Position numbers and translations under genes: made by a program
Part shown: positions 30,215 to 38,992 of the stretch, piece by piece
Position numbering within the stretch: the stretch's first letter is position 1
Layout: each line of letters starts with the position of its first letter
IMG/VR virus record: IMGVR_UViG_3300030012_003256
Span: 1 to 55,975 of that record
DNA from: a virus
Taxonomy: Duplodnaviria; Caudoviricetes
Strand: one strand, 5' to 3'
Length of the DNA: 55,975 bases
The notes under the pieces: generated by a model
What the model was told of the DNA's origin: nothing
The model's database searches: none
What the model saw: the letters and a program-made list of their open reading frames with translations, nothing else

Positions 30215-31758
30215 TCTAATCTCTCCACATCTTCTAAGGTATTAATATCCGCAACAAATTTATCATCACGAATACGAATACATCTTGGGAATCTAAGCCC
30301 AATATCATTATTAGCATCTCGGCTAACCAAATCAGCCTTGACTTCAAGAACAACAACAGGCGAAACAAAGAATCGCCCATTATCAAAGGATTCAACATTA
30401 CGCCGTAGCGTATTCGTGAGGTTGATTAAATCGCTATCCGAGAAGCCTGTTCCACACCATCCGACGCTGTGATAACCATTATTAGCCCTCACGCCTAATT
30501 CGTAAGTGCCGAAAACATTTGACCGCTTTCCTTCCCCGTATTTTGCGGAGAGGATAACAACATCAAGATTAATCTGCGGAGGTTTGTATTTAGCCCAAAA
30601 AACGGAGCGTTTTCCTGATTGGTAGGGTTGGCTTGCATCCTTAACGATGATTCCTTCAAACCCTTCGTTGATTGCTTCATGGTAAAAGGCCATAATGTCG
30701 CCCTCGGTTATACGGTGTGCTTGATTCGGCAAGTCTTTCATCTTCTCTAAGCGTTCCGTATATGATAAATCCATGACTGTTTCGTTGTTCAACATAAGAC
30801 AATCAAAAATAACCCACTTAACTTTGACTCGTTCCATAGCCTCTTGAACATTCTTTGAATGAACCCTTGTTCCCATTTGCTTATGAGGCGCAGGTGCGCC
30901 ATTTTCCAAAATAGGATAGATTTCACCATCAAGAATAGCGTTTTCAATATCATAGGCTTGAACCAATTCAACAACATCGGGAAATTGTTGAGTCACGATT
31001 TTACCTTTACGATTAAAAATAATTGTTTTATTTCCATCAATATGAATTTGATAGCGGTTTCCATCGTATTTGTAATCAACAACAAAATCAGTCGGCCACT
31101 TATTCATCGGAACTTCCTTAGCAAGCATTGGTTTAATGAATTTTCCATATGTTAGATTACATGGAGGATTAGAGCCAGCATTATAGTGATAACAAACCAC
31201 CTCAACAGAATTAAAATTCAAATGTTTCTTTACATCTGCTTGCTTCTTATTGTAGTGCTTGGCGATAATCTTCGCAACTGTTCCTTCATTGATTCCGTTT
31301 CGTGGCGTTCTAAGCATATACCGAATAAACCAGCGTCGTGCGTTTGCAGACATAGCCAAAATTGATTCCTCAATCATTTCAAATTCATTAGAATCAATCT
31401 TTCCACAATTCATGTTCAGTAGTCGGTGAACATACTGAACAGAAAAGTTTCGTTGTTTTTCTGCTGATGAATCAAGATGATAAATCGCTTCGCCCAAATC
31501 ATCGTGAGCGTACATCAATCCATCAATTTCATCATCAAAAACATCAAAGATTTTAGCAATCCATTTCTTTGCTTTTGCTAATCCAAGATTATTCGCTTCA
31601 AGTTTATCTTTATCAAGAATTTGCAAAACCAAAGAAGGACTACTCTTCTCCGTTGTGAATGTTTCCAAGTCCCGTGAAATCCGACTTATCTGTTGAGTCG
31701 GTGTCAATTGGTCTGTCGCTTGTAGCATTCTGCTCATATTTTCCCATGTCATTTTCAA
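30211..31758 (-). CDS. lig: ATP-dependent DNA ligase
   Basis: KPMLA, KYDGNR, LDGE, FDCL, EGIIVK, WAKYK, LRFPR. Confidence 0.93.
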   Translation of the reverse strand: MKMTWENMSRMLQATDQLTPTQQISRISRDLETFTTEKSSPSLVLQILDKDKLEANNLGLAKAKKWIAKIFDVFDDEIDGLMYAHDDLGEAIYHLDSSAEKQRNFSVQYVHRLLNMNCGKIDSNEFEMIEESILAMSANARRWFIRYMLRTPRNGINEGTVAKIIAKHYNKKQADVKKHLNFNSVEVVCYHYNAGSNPPCNLTYGKFIKPMLAKEVPMNKWPTDFVVDYKYDGNRYQIHIDGNKTIIFNRKGKIVTQQFPDVVELVQAYDIENAILDGEIYPILENGAPAPHKQMGTRVHSKNVQEAMERVKVKWVIFDCLMLNNETVMDLSYTERLEKMKDLPNQAHRITEGDIMAFYHEAINEGFEGIIVKDASQPYQSGKRSVFWAKYKPPQINLDVVILSAKYGEGKRSNVFGTYELGVRANNGYHSVGWCGTGFSDSDLINLTNTLRRNVESFDNGRFFVSPVVVLEVKADLVSRDANNDIGLRFPRCIRIRDDKFVADINTLEDVERLE

Positions 31759-31891
31759 TCATCTCCTTACTATTATTTATTTCTTTAATCAGTTGTTTTA
31801 GAAGTATACTGATTTTTCCTTCATTTCTTTCTGAATAAGTCCACATAGCGTTTGCTAAATAGACCCAATCATTCTTCTTCATTTTTTCCAC
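31640..31891 (-). CDS. hypothetical protein
   Basis: ORF track; tail overlaps the ligase start. Confidence 0.45.
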   Translation of the reverse strand: MEKMKKNDWVYLANAMWTYSERNEGKISILLKQLIKEINNSKEMIENDMGKYEQNATSDRPIDTDSTDKSDFTGLGNIHNGEE

Positions 31892-32222
31892 CTAATGCTT
31901 GCAAAAGCCGCAAAAAATTAATCATAATTTGTTCAACCACCTGTGCCTCTTCAACTTGTCCTTGTTCAAGAAAACGATGCATCATGTGAATAAGTGTTGC
32001 TTGAGTAATTGCTGGTGCTAATCTAGCAAGACTATTGTTCATTGAGATTTCCCAATAACAAACAAAACTGGCTCTTGCTAAATAATTTGCTCCGTCTGCT
32101 AATTCAGCATAACCTTGATTAAAGTGGTCAAGGTTTAATTCATTAGGAATTAATCCCTTCATTTCTTTTGCCCATTCTTCAAATGCTTTATCATCAACGG
32201 TAGTATTGTATAGTTCATTCAT
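31869..32222 (-). CDS. hypothetical helical protein
   Basis: ATGA-coupled ORF. Confidence 0.55.
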   Translation of the reverse strand: MNELYNTTVDDKAFEEWAKEMKGLIPNELNLDHFNQGYAELADGANYLARASFVCYWEISMNNSLARLAPAITQATLIHMMHRFLEQGQVEEAQVVEQIMINFLRLLQALGGKNEEE

Positions 32223-32521
32223 TCTTCTTCCTCTCCTTTCTTTGTATTTGCTTCTTCATCCATAAATTGCCTCATAGCCTGATACATTCTTCCAAATGCC
32301 ATTTCAACATGCGGTAATTGAACACGGCAACCTCTCCCACTATTCGGGGGCATAGGCATTCTTTGTTCAATATATAAAGCAAATAAATCCACTAATTCTC
32401 CTGCCTTTGCTCTAAACTTTGTTAGAGACTGACCATGAGAATTACCCCATTGTCTTTCAGGGTTGGCTTTTCTTACTGCTTTCTTCGCTTGTAGTTCACT
32501 TATTTTAGTTCTCTCCGTCAT
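32219..32521 (-). CDS. possible divergent histone-fold protein
   Basis: ISELQAKKAVRK-(PERQW)-long helix-GRGCRVQLPHVEMAF resembles the histone ...GRKTV..EDVELA layout. Confidence 0.4.
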   Translation of the reverse strand: MTERTKISELQAKKAVRKANPERQWGNSHGQSLTKFRAKAGELVDLFALYIEQRMPMPPNSGRGCRVQLPHVEMAFGRMYQAMRQFMDEEANTKKGEEEE

Positions 32522-32726
32522 TGAGTTCCCTCCTTAATATATCTAATAATGTTTTTGCTTCTTCTCTATTCAGGCGTATGCCTTTATTAGTTGGTTTATC
32601 GCTATTGTACCAGCGAATATCAACCACTTCAATGTTCCAATATAGGCCCATCTTAATTTTACAATCTTGGTTTGCGTTCCGAACAATTGTTCCTTTTACT
32701 TCTAATTCATCTGTCAATTCATCCAC
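32505..32726 (-). CDS. PC4/Sub1-like ssDNA-binding protein
   Basis: VDIRWY...PTNKGIRL signature. Confidence 0.8.
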   Translation of the reverse strand: MDELTDELEVKGTIVRNANQDCKIKMGLYWNIEVVDIRWYNSDKPTNKGIRLNREEAKTLLDILRRELNDGEN

Positions 32727-33109
32727 CCCTGTTTGAATCTGTCTAACTCCTGCTTAGATGTAAAATACCTTGGAGTATCTAAAGAATCAAGACGATTAAC
32801 AATCCAACACACCCCACCAAGGGACGATATTTGAACGACTTCATATTGACCATCATTTAATTCTAACACTTCAACTGTATTAACTTCAGGATTTAATCCA
32901 TACTTTTTAGTCAATTCATTTGCTACTGTTTGGATATTTTCAGCAACATATTTGATGATGTGTGTCCGTTGAATAGGAATTCTCGGTTCAACATCAATCT
33001 TCAATGAACCTGTAAATTTGCAGACCCTACATTTATTTCCTTCACAAACAGGGCATCTAATTTGAGCCTTGTGTGGTGCAGGTAAAACGACAGTTATTGC
33101 TTTTTTCAC
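32714..33109 (-). CDS. DnaJ-type Zn-finger protein
   Basis: CPVCEG..CRVCKFTG. Confidence 0.5.
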   Translation of the reverse strand: MKKAITVVLPAPHKAQIRCPVCEGNKCRVCKFTGSLKIDVEPRIPIQRTHIIKYVAENIQTVANELTKKYGLNPEVNTVEVLELNDGQYEVVQISSLGGVCWIVNRLDSLDTPRYFTSKQELDRFKQGWMN

Positions 33110-33219
33110 TTTTTATCCCCCTTAAGTTGTTCCCAACAATCTTGACACATACCATATCTTCGGATATAATATCCACCAAAATGAGGAATAATATTTTTCT
33201 TACACTTTGGACATTCCAT
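33106..33219 (-). CDS. 37-aa Zn-finger microprotein
   Basis: Manual ORF MECPKC...GMCQDCW; GGAGG SD. Confidence 0.55.
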   Translation of the reverse strand: MECPKCKKNIIPHFGGYYIRRYGMCQDCWEQLKGDKK

Positions 33220-33221
33220 AT

Positions 33222-34745
33222 TTATTCCTCCACCAATACTGCAACATCTGTTGAATAAAACAATTGAGCAATTGATAATGCCGCTAAGAAACTGTTCTTA
33301 GAAACCTTCACGGGGTCAAAGACTCCTGCTTTAAACAAATCTTCGTGCTGACACGAAACAGCATTAAAACCCCAGTTAGGATTTGTTCCATCAATTGTTT
33401 TTTCAATTTCAAAAGAAACAATCCTTGTTTGCTCGGTAAAGTTTGCATTATCCAAAAGAACATGATAAGGCTCAACAACAGACTTTTTAAACCAAACTGG
33501 CGCATCAATAGCGTGAGCAAGACGAATGAATGGAACACCACCACCAACAACAATACCTTCTTCAAGAGCCGCTTTTGTTGCATTAAGAGCATCATCAAGT
33601 CGCTCTTTCTTTTCTCGCATTTCAATTGATGAAGAAGCACCAACTTTGATTGTAGCAACACCGCCCTTTAGACGAGTAATACGAGACTTAATTCGTGCCG
33701 CATCATATCCTTTCATTTCACTCAATGTTTTTTTGAGCGTAGCAATTCGTTCATCAGCATTTCCCTCACCACCCATAAAGGTAGTATTTTCTTTACTGAT
33801 GATAACCTTCTCACAAGTCCCAAAATCAGAAACAACAAACTGTTGAGGACTGTCTTTGCTTTCGTGGTTGAATACCTTTCCACCAACAATTGCTTGAATG
33901 TCAGCCAATTCATCAATTTGTGCATCACCAAAGTTAGGTGCAAGAATAGCCGCACACTCCACAGTCTTATTAATCAGATTCATCAATAAATTGTTCAACG
34001 CTGAACTTTCCATACCCTTACAAAGAATCAGCAAAGGTCTTCCGTTCTGCGAAGAATACTCAAGCATTGGCAACAAATCCTTAAAAGAACGGAAAGGAAT
34101 GTTGGATAAGAAAATCAATGGGTTTTCAAATTCAACCTTGCCGCTTTCGGTGTTGCACATTAAATGACTGATATATCCTTCAGGAACTTCCATTCCCTCT
34201 CGGAGAATCAATTTTGTAGCATAATTGTTAGATTCTTCAACGGTGATAACACCATCACGACCGACCGTATTAAACGCTTCTTGAATCAAATGGCCAAGAG
34301 AAGCATCGTTATTCGCAGCAATTGTAGCAATATTTAGAATATCTGAATCTTCGACTGACATCGAGATATTATCTAAGAAATTAATAGTTTGTTGGCGAAG
34401 GTTCTCCATCAAGAGGTTAAAGTCGTGTGCTGTCATTTTATCTTCATTATTAAATAATTCATTACAAAAAGCCTGTGCAAGAATACAAGCCGTTGTAGTT
34501 CCATCACCTGAACCTTCTTGTGCCTTACTTGCCAGATTTTGAACTAATTGCACACCCATTTGAACATAAGGGTCTTCATGGGAAATATACTTCGTAATTG
34601 TTACACCGTCATTAATTACAACTGGTGGATTACCCTGCAAAATAACAGTTTTTGCTTGTGGCCCTAATGTTGGTTTAACGGTATCAGCCACCAAGTTAAT
34701 TCCTTGTAGCAGTTTTTCTTTTACTTCTCTTCCTTTAATAATCAT
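33222..34745 (-). CDS. groEL: group I (GroEL-type) chaperonin
   Basis: TLGP, INDGVT, GDGTTT, DGVITVEE, APNFGD, GGVATIKVG, DDALNATKAA, DPVKV. Confidence 0.92.
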   Translation of the reverse strand: MIIKGREVKEKLLQGINLVADTVKPTLGPQAKTVILQGNPPVVINDGVTITKYISHEDPYVQMGVQLVQNLASKAQEGSGDGTTTACILAQAFCNELFNNEDKMTAHDFNLLMENLRQQTINFLDNISMSVEDSDILNIATIAANNDASLGHLIQEAFNTVGRDGVITVEESNNYATKLILREGMEVPEGYISHLMCNTESGKVEFENPLIFLSNIPFRSFKDLLPMLEYSSQNGRPLLILCKGMESSALNNLLMNLINKTVECAAILAPNFGDAQIDELADIQAIVGGKVFNHESKDSPQQFVVSDFGTCEKVIISKENTTFMGGEGNADERIATLKKTLSEMKGYDAARIKSRITRLKGGVATIKVGASSSIEMREKKERLDDALNATKAALEEGIVVGGGVPFIRLAHAIDAPVWFKKSVVEPYHVLLDNANFTEQTRIVSFEIEKTIDGTNPNWGFNAVSCQHEDLFKAGVFDPVKVSKNSFLAALSIAQLFYSTDVAVLVEE

Positions 34746-34935
34746 AATTAATCTCCTCCAATCTAAGTATTAACTCAATTGTTTTCCAAATGAACTTATA
34801 ATTGTTATCTGTGGGATTAGTAGAACAAAGATACAATAGATATTCAGCAAAGTCTTCATCAGCATTTAAATGCCATGTTGCCCAACCATGAAACTTCTCA
34901 ATCTTATTCCTATATTTTTGTTGCCTAAAAAACAT
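34735..34935 (-). CDS. hypothetical protein
   Basis: ORF track. Confidence 0.5.
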   Translation of the reverse strand: MFFRQQKYRNKIEKFHGWATWHLNADEDFAEYLLYLCSTNPTDNNYKFIWKTIELILRLEEINYDY

Positions 34936-34936
34936 T

Positions 34937-35164
34937 TTAATCCCCTAACTCCTCTAAACAAAGCAAAAGATAATCTTTATGAATAATGACATTGTCTTCG
35001 TATTCATGATATTTCTGGTCTGAATCAAACATCACTTTTTTTCCTTCAATATGAGGAAGACTTGGTGCAGAAATACAAATACCATATCCGTCGTTTTTTA
35101 CATGTATTCCCCCAATAATAGTAGGAGGGATATTAATTAAAACATATTCACCAATAGCAATCAT
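34937..35164 (-). CDS. GroES-like co-chaperonin (divergent)
   Basis: AIGEYVLI...TIIGGIHV...G.CIS..GKKVMF...IIHKDYLL parallels the GroES layout; 2 genes from groEL. Confidence 0.6.
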   Translation of the reverse strand: MIAIGEYVLINIPPTIIGGIHVKNDGYGICISAPSLPHIEGKKVMFDSDQKYHEYEDNVIIHKDYLLLCLEELGD

Positions 35165-35286
35165 TCTTCTTCACCATACCATTCTGTTTTATTTACTTCC
35201 TTTATCCCATCATGGTCATTACAAGAAGAACATGACCAATAGCCTAAATTATCATTTGCCTCTGTTTCGCAGAAAATACAAATCAT
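35161..35286 (-). CDS. 41-aa Zn-ribbon microprotein
   Basis: Manual ORF MICIFC...WSCSSC. Confidence 0.5.
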   Translation of the reverse strand: MICIFCETEANDNLGYWSCSSCNDHDGIKEVNKTEWYGEEE

Positions 35287-35294
35287 AATTTTTG

Positions 35295-35597
35295 TCATTC
35301 TTCTTCATCTCCCATTACCGGAATAGCGACCCATGCTCGCCTATCGTGAGAAACCCAAGTATAAACATGAGTCTTGTAAAACTCTTCAAGACGCTTTTCA
35401 CGAACAGTTCGCTTTTCATTTTTCTTTCGCCATTGAATACCCTTATCAGTTCTTTGTTTATTCTCATCATTTGGATGAGCCTTAGCATGACGCTTTGCTC
35501 TTTCCTTCAAAGAAATTTTTTCAGGTTTTTCCATAGGTCTATCTTGATATTTAGCGGCTGTGCTTAATCCTTTCTTAATTGTTTTAAATCTTGTCAT
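35295..35597 (-). CDS. basic hypothetical protein
   Basis: ATGA-coupled to the JAB gene. Confidence 0.55.
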   Translation of the reverse strand: MTRFKTIKKGLSTAAKYQDRPMEKPEKISLKERAKRHAKAHPNDENKQRTDKGIQWRKKNEKRTVREKRLEEFYKTHVYTWVSHDRRAWVAIPVMGDEEE

Positions 35598-36178
35598 TCT
35601 TCTTCACCCCATGTTTGTGTTTTAACTGGCTCATTGTTCAAGTATATTTCTAATTGCTTAGGATTAAATTGGCTGTCCCAAAAACCATAGTGTCCTTCTC
35701 CACCAAGAACATATGCACATTCCATATTCGGCTCCCAAATAGAAACTGTCCGAATATCCGTTCCACTAAAATATGCGGCTCCAAATGGATGAGTATGAAT
35801 CCAACAACGGATAGGAAGAGACATACCAATTGGAGGCTCAAAGAAATCAACAAAACCCGGACTTCCTGTTGAAACGAAACAATTATTCTTTCCATCAATT
35901 ACAACCTGCACTTCAAGATTAGGGAGAGTTTCTGTTGATGCTCGCCAAATAGTTTCTTGAAATTCTAAATGGTGCATAGCAACGCCTTGCAATTTTTCTC
36001 TTGGCCCAACACAAGAACGCAACTGTTGATTCAAAAGAAACTCATAATGTGCTTTAATGTCATCAATTGCCTTTTGACGAAAATATTCCAATTCTGCTTG
36101 TTCAATTTCATAATGGTCATAAATATCATCACCATCATCATTACCATCTTTAATCATTTTATCTTTGATTCTTCCCAT
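35594..36178 (-). CDS. JAB/JAMM (MPN+) metalloprotease
   Basis: Intact E...H-T-H-P-x6-S-G-T-D (LEVQ...WIHTHPFGAAYFSGTD). Confidence 0.88.
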   Translation of the reverse strand: MGRIKDKMIKDGNDDGDDIYDHYEIEQAELEYFRQKAIDDIKAHYEFLLNQQLRSCVGPREKLQGVAMHHLEFQETIWRASTETLPNLEVQVVIDGKNNCFVSTGSPGFVDFFEPPIGMSLPIRCWIHTHPFGAAYFSGTDIRTVSIWEPNMECAYVLGGEGHYGFWDSQFNPKQLEIYLNNEPVKTQTWGEEE

Positions 36179-36180
36179 AT

Positions 36181-37239
36181 TTATTCACCTCTTAGTCGGT
36201 TCAATTTTCTTTCCATTTTTGCCTCAAGGCGAGCAACCTTAGCGGCCCGTCTTTCTGCTTTCTTTGCCACCCTGCGCTCCTTTCGTGAGGGCTTTTGGGG
36301 CTTCTCGGTTCGTGGACTCTTCCGCTTCATAACGATGTCCGAAGCCTCCATAAGCATAGCAATATGCTCTGGTTCTGAAGAATCAAATAGCATTTCAAGC
36401 CTTTGAGCAACAACCCAGAAAGGTCGTGCAAATGCTTCTCTTACTTCATCAATAGACATTTCATAGAAATTTACCAAGATGTTCATATCTTGGGAACGAG
36501 TCCAAGCAAAACTATTTTCATTCTTTTCATTAGACTGCAAAACTACTGGTTCATCTTCCAGAGGCTCTGGTTCTACAACAGTTTCAATCTTCTTTCTTTC
36601 CGTTGGTAGGAACTTTCGCAGTCGTGAAGGAACAGCAGATTCTTCTTTCATTTTAAACCATTCACCACTTCTCATAAGTTTGCTTCGCTTTGCTTGACAG
36701 GCTTTACTTGACCTTCCAATAACTTCAGAAATTTGATTCCAAGTTTTATTAGAATGATACATGTCAAATAGTAATTTAATTTGCATTTCAGACCAATTCC
36801 TTGTTTTCTTCTTTTTAGAGAGAATAACAGGATTTGTTGTTTCTATTTCAGATTTTCCCATATTTAATTGAATTAAATCGGAAGCCTCTCCCTTTGTCAT
36901 TCCTCTTGTTTCAAAAGAATCTGCAAGAGCCATTCTGTCCTTTATTCCTGAATCTGGTGCAGTCAAAGAGGCTAATGTCCTCAATTGACGGCGAGTTGCG
37001 CTTTCAGCCCTCCAATTCTTTTGGCTAAGAATAGGCTTTGGTGCAAGGCTTTCTTGAATAGTTTCTTTCTTACTACCTTCTTTAGTAGAAACAATAGAAT
37101 CATATTTTCGCTTTAGGTTTTGTACTAGCCTATCATGTCCATATTTTTCTAACATCAATTCTCTAATTTCTGTATAAGTGCTACCTGCGCTTCTCATTAC
37201 AACAAGCGTGGCTATTTCTTCTGCGGTATATTTTGGCAT
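36181..37239 (-). CDS. multi Myb/SANT-like HTH DNA-binding protein
   Basis: Three repeats: YTAEE.., WSEMQIKLL..WNQISEVIGRS.KAC, WTRSQD..; plus an AT.RQL...MTKGEASDLI module. Confidence 0.6.
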   Translation of the reverse strand: MPKYTAEEIATLVVMRSAGSTYTEIRELMLEKYGHDRLVQNLKRKYDSIVSTKEGSKKETIQESLAPKPILSQKNWRAESATRRQLRTLASLTAPDSGIKDRMALADSFETRGMTKGEASDLIQLNMGKSEIETTNPVILSKKKKTRNWSEMQIKLLFDMYHSNKTWNQISEVIGRSSKACQAKRSKLMRSGEWFKMKEESAVPSRLRKFLPTERKKIETVVEPEPLEDEPVVLQSNEKNENSFAWTRSQDMNILVNFYEMSIDEVREAFARPFWVVAQRLEMLFDSSEPEHIAMLMEASDIVMKRKSPRTEKPQKPSRKERRVAKKAERRAAKVARLEAKMERKLNRLRGE

Positions 37240-37252
37240 TTTTTATTCCTCC

Positions 37253-37810
37253 TTACATATTTATTACGGTGTATTCTTTTACTTCTTCTCCGTTGAAGAA
37301 CCTTTGAATCCATTGTGCGCCTAATCCTGCGATTGCGACTTGCATAAAATGAACTCCTGTATTTGTTCCATCCCATGAATCCCCTTGACAACTGAAAGAA
37401 CCTTCTTCACCTGCTAAGAGCATATCATACATTTTAGGGTCGGCCTTGTGCGACACAAGGGCGGCGTTTCTACCCTGCGCTCGTAGGTCAAGCCATTTAA
37501 GACTTGTGTTGTATAATGTTCGCCTGACGCTCAAGTTATCAACACAACAAACCACAAGGTCATAACCCTGCATCTGCTTCTTAGTCAAAATAGGATATTC
37601 GCTACCAAGACTGACAGAATCATAATTTTCAGCCATAATGGATGCCTTGTTGCGACTTACATGACCGAGATTAAAGTTTTGATAAGATATATTCTTATCT
37701 TCAACTGAATCTGGGTCAGCCACAGTTATATCATAAAGACCTACTTTATCTAAAAGGGGAATTAGAAAACTTCCAATTCCACCTGCTCCAATTACTAATA
37801 CTTTTCTCAT
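37253..37810 (-). CDS. ThiF/E1-like ubiquitin-like-protein activating enzyme
   Basis: VIGAGGIGS, DPDSVEDKNISYQ, NKA, CVDN..VR, WLD; candidate catalytic Cys in FSCQ. Confidence 0.9.
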   Translation of the reverse strand: MRKVLVIGAGGIGSFLIPLLDKVGLYDITVADPDSVEDKNISYQNFNLGHVSRNKASIMAENYDSVSLGSEYPILTKKQMQGYDLVVCCVDNLSVRRTLYNTSLKWLDLRAQGRNAALVSHKADPKMYDMLLAGEEGSFSCQGDSWDGTNTGVHFMQVAIAGLGAQWIQRFFNGEEVKEYTVINM

Positions 37811-38289
37811 TCATATTCCTCCTTATCAAGTTCTTCATAATATGCAATATTATCAGCATATTCCTTTTTAATTTTCTTCCAATGAATTTCGTGAGAACAA
37901 AATTCACAATTTTCATCTCCACAATCTTCCATTCCAATCTTCTTCTCAAGCGTATAATTGAGATATGCGTCATATTCAGGATGCCAGACAACTAAATGCC
38001 CCATATCCTCGTATTTCTTAACTTCTGCTTCTTCTTTGGAAAGAGGCATAACATCATTTACATTTACATTTGTCTTACAAATAGGACAATCCCAATTAGT
38101 CCTGAGCATGAAATCTAAATCTAGTGGTGCTGATGTCAAAAAACGATTGTTTTGTTCTCGCAAATAAAGTTCAGCCTTTTCTTTACAGAAAGGACAGTCT
38201 GTTCTTAGTCTCTCAAGAACACTAGCAACTCCTTTTTCCATTTCATCGGCAAGTTTTGATTCATCAAATTCTTCAATTACTTTTTCCAT
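37807..38289 (-). CDS. Cys-rich Zn-binding protein coupled to E1
   Basis: CPFC...CPIC and CGDENCEFC.H; ATGA overlap with E1. Confidence 0.55.
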   Translation of the reverse strand: MEKVIEEFDESKLADEMEKGVASVLERLRTDCPFCKEKAELYLREQNNRFLTSAPLDLDFMLRTNWDCPICKTNVNVNDVMPLSKEEAEVKKYEDMGHLVVWHPEYDAYLNYTLEKKIGMEDCGDENCEFCSHEIHWKKIKKEYADNIAYYEELDKEEYE

Positions 38290-38291
38290 AT

Positions 38292-38468
38292 TTATTCCTC
38301 CACTAAAATCATTCTAGGAACAATAAGTTCATCAGTTAGCACACAATTCCAATTACAAGTAAGATTAACAGGCAGACCTGCCGCAAGTATCTTATTTTGA
38401 TGTTGGATTTGCCGCATCATTTGGATGCAACAAGGGCAGTCTGTGTTTAATTTTTTATCTTTATACAT
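38292..38468 (-). CDS. 58-aa Cys-containing protein
   Basis: Manual ORF; GGAGG SD. Confidence 0.5.
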   Translation of the reverse strand: MYKDKKLNTDCPCCIQMMRQIQHQNKILAAGLPVNLTCNWNCVLTDELIVPRMILVEE

Positions 38469-38480
38469 ATTTATTCCTCC

Positions 38481-38807
38481 TCAAAATGTTTTACCATGCA
38501 TAAATTCACGACTTTCGTTGTATTCTATTTTTGCTAGAATTGCTCCTGCAATATCTAAATCTTTACCAAACGCATAATCCATAATACGAATTACTGCATC
38601 GGCTAATTCTTCTTCAAGATTACTAAACTCCATAATCTTTGACGAAGAAGGATTACCTTCACGCAAAGCCTCAAGTGCTTCGCTAATTTCAGCATGAATC
38701 AAGGCCATGCGTTCTCCGTCATTTGGTTCTTCTTTCCAAAAACCATGATTAACAGCGTTCTTATAAACTTTCTTTGCAACTTTATTCCATTCTTTAGAAA
38801 ATGTCAT
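38481..38807 (-). CDS. MazG-like NTP pyrophosphohydrolase
   Basis: LIHAEISEALEA...EEELADAVIRIMD...K..YN..R. Confidence 0.85.
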   Translation of the reverse strand: MTFSKEWNKVAKKVYKNAVNHGFWKEEPNDGERMALIHAEISEALEALREGNPSSSKIMEFSNLEEELADAVIRIMDYAFGKDLDIAGAILAKIEYNESREFMHGKTF

Positions 38808-38992
38808 TGTTTCACCTCAATATATCCTCGCTCAATCTGAACCTTTCGTGGTAAGCATTTTGCACACATAGCAAACACTTCTCCATTATTTACCCAGAGT
38901 TTTGATTCTTCACGGCTCATTTCTTTTCCACATTTATCGCAAGTTGTAATAGCACGATAATGCTCATTTGTTTTGTTTTTATTTTTTACCAT
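38804..38992 (-). CDS. small Zn-finger protein
   Basis: CDKCG...CAKC. Confidence 0.55.
   Translation of the reverse strand: MVKNKNKTNEHYRAITTCDKCGKEMSREESKLWVNNGEVFAMCAKCLPRKVQIERGYIEVKQ

Noticed and set aside
37253-37810. ThiF as a thiamine or molybdopterin auxiliary metabolic gene
   Set aside because: No thiG, moaE, rhodanese or thiouridylase partners and no CxxC Zn motifs; the capped Ubl plus JAB fit conjugation better, though sulfur transfer is not formally excluded.
37807-38289. Canonical RING E3
   Set aside because: Only two CxxC pairs in the relevant region; the central C-x-H-x2-C/H-x2-C ligands are missing.
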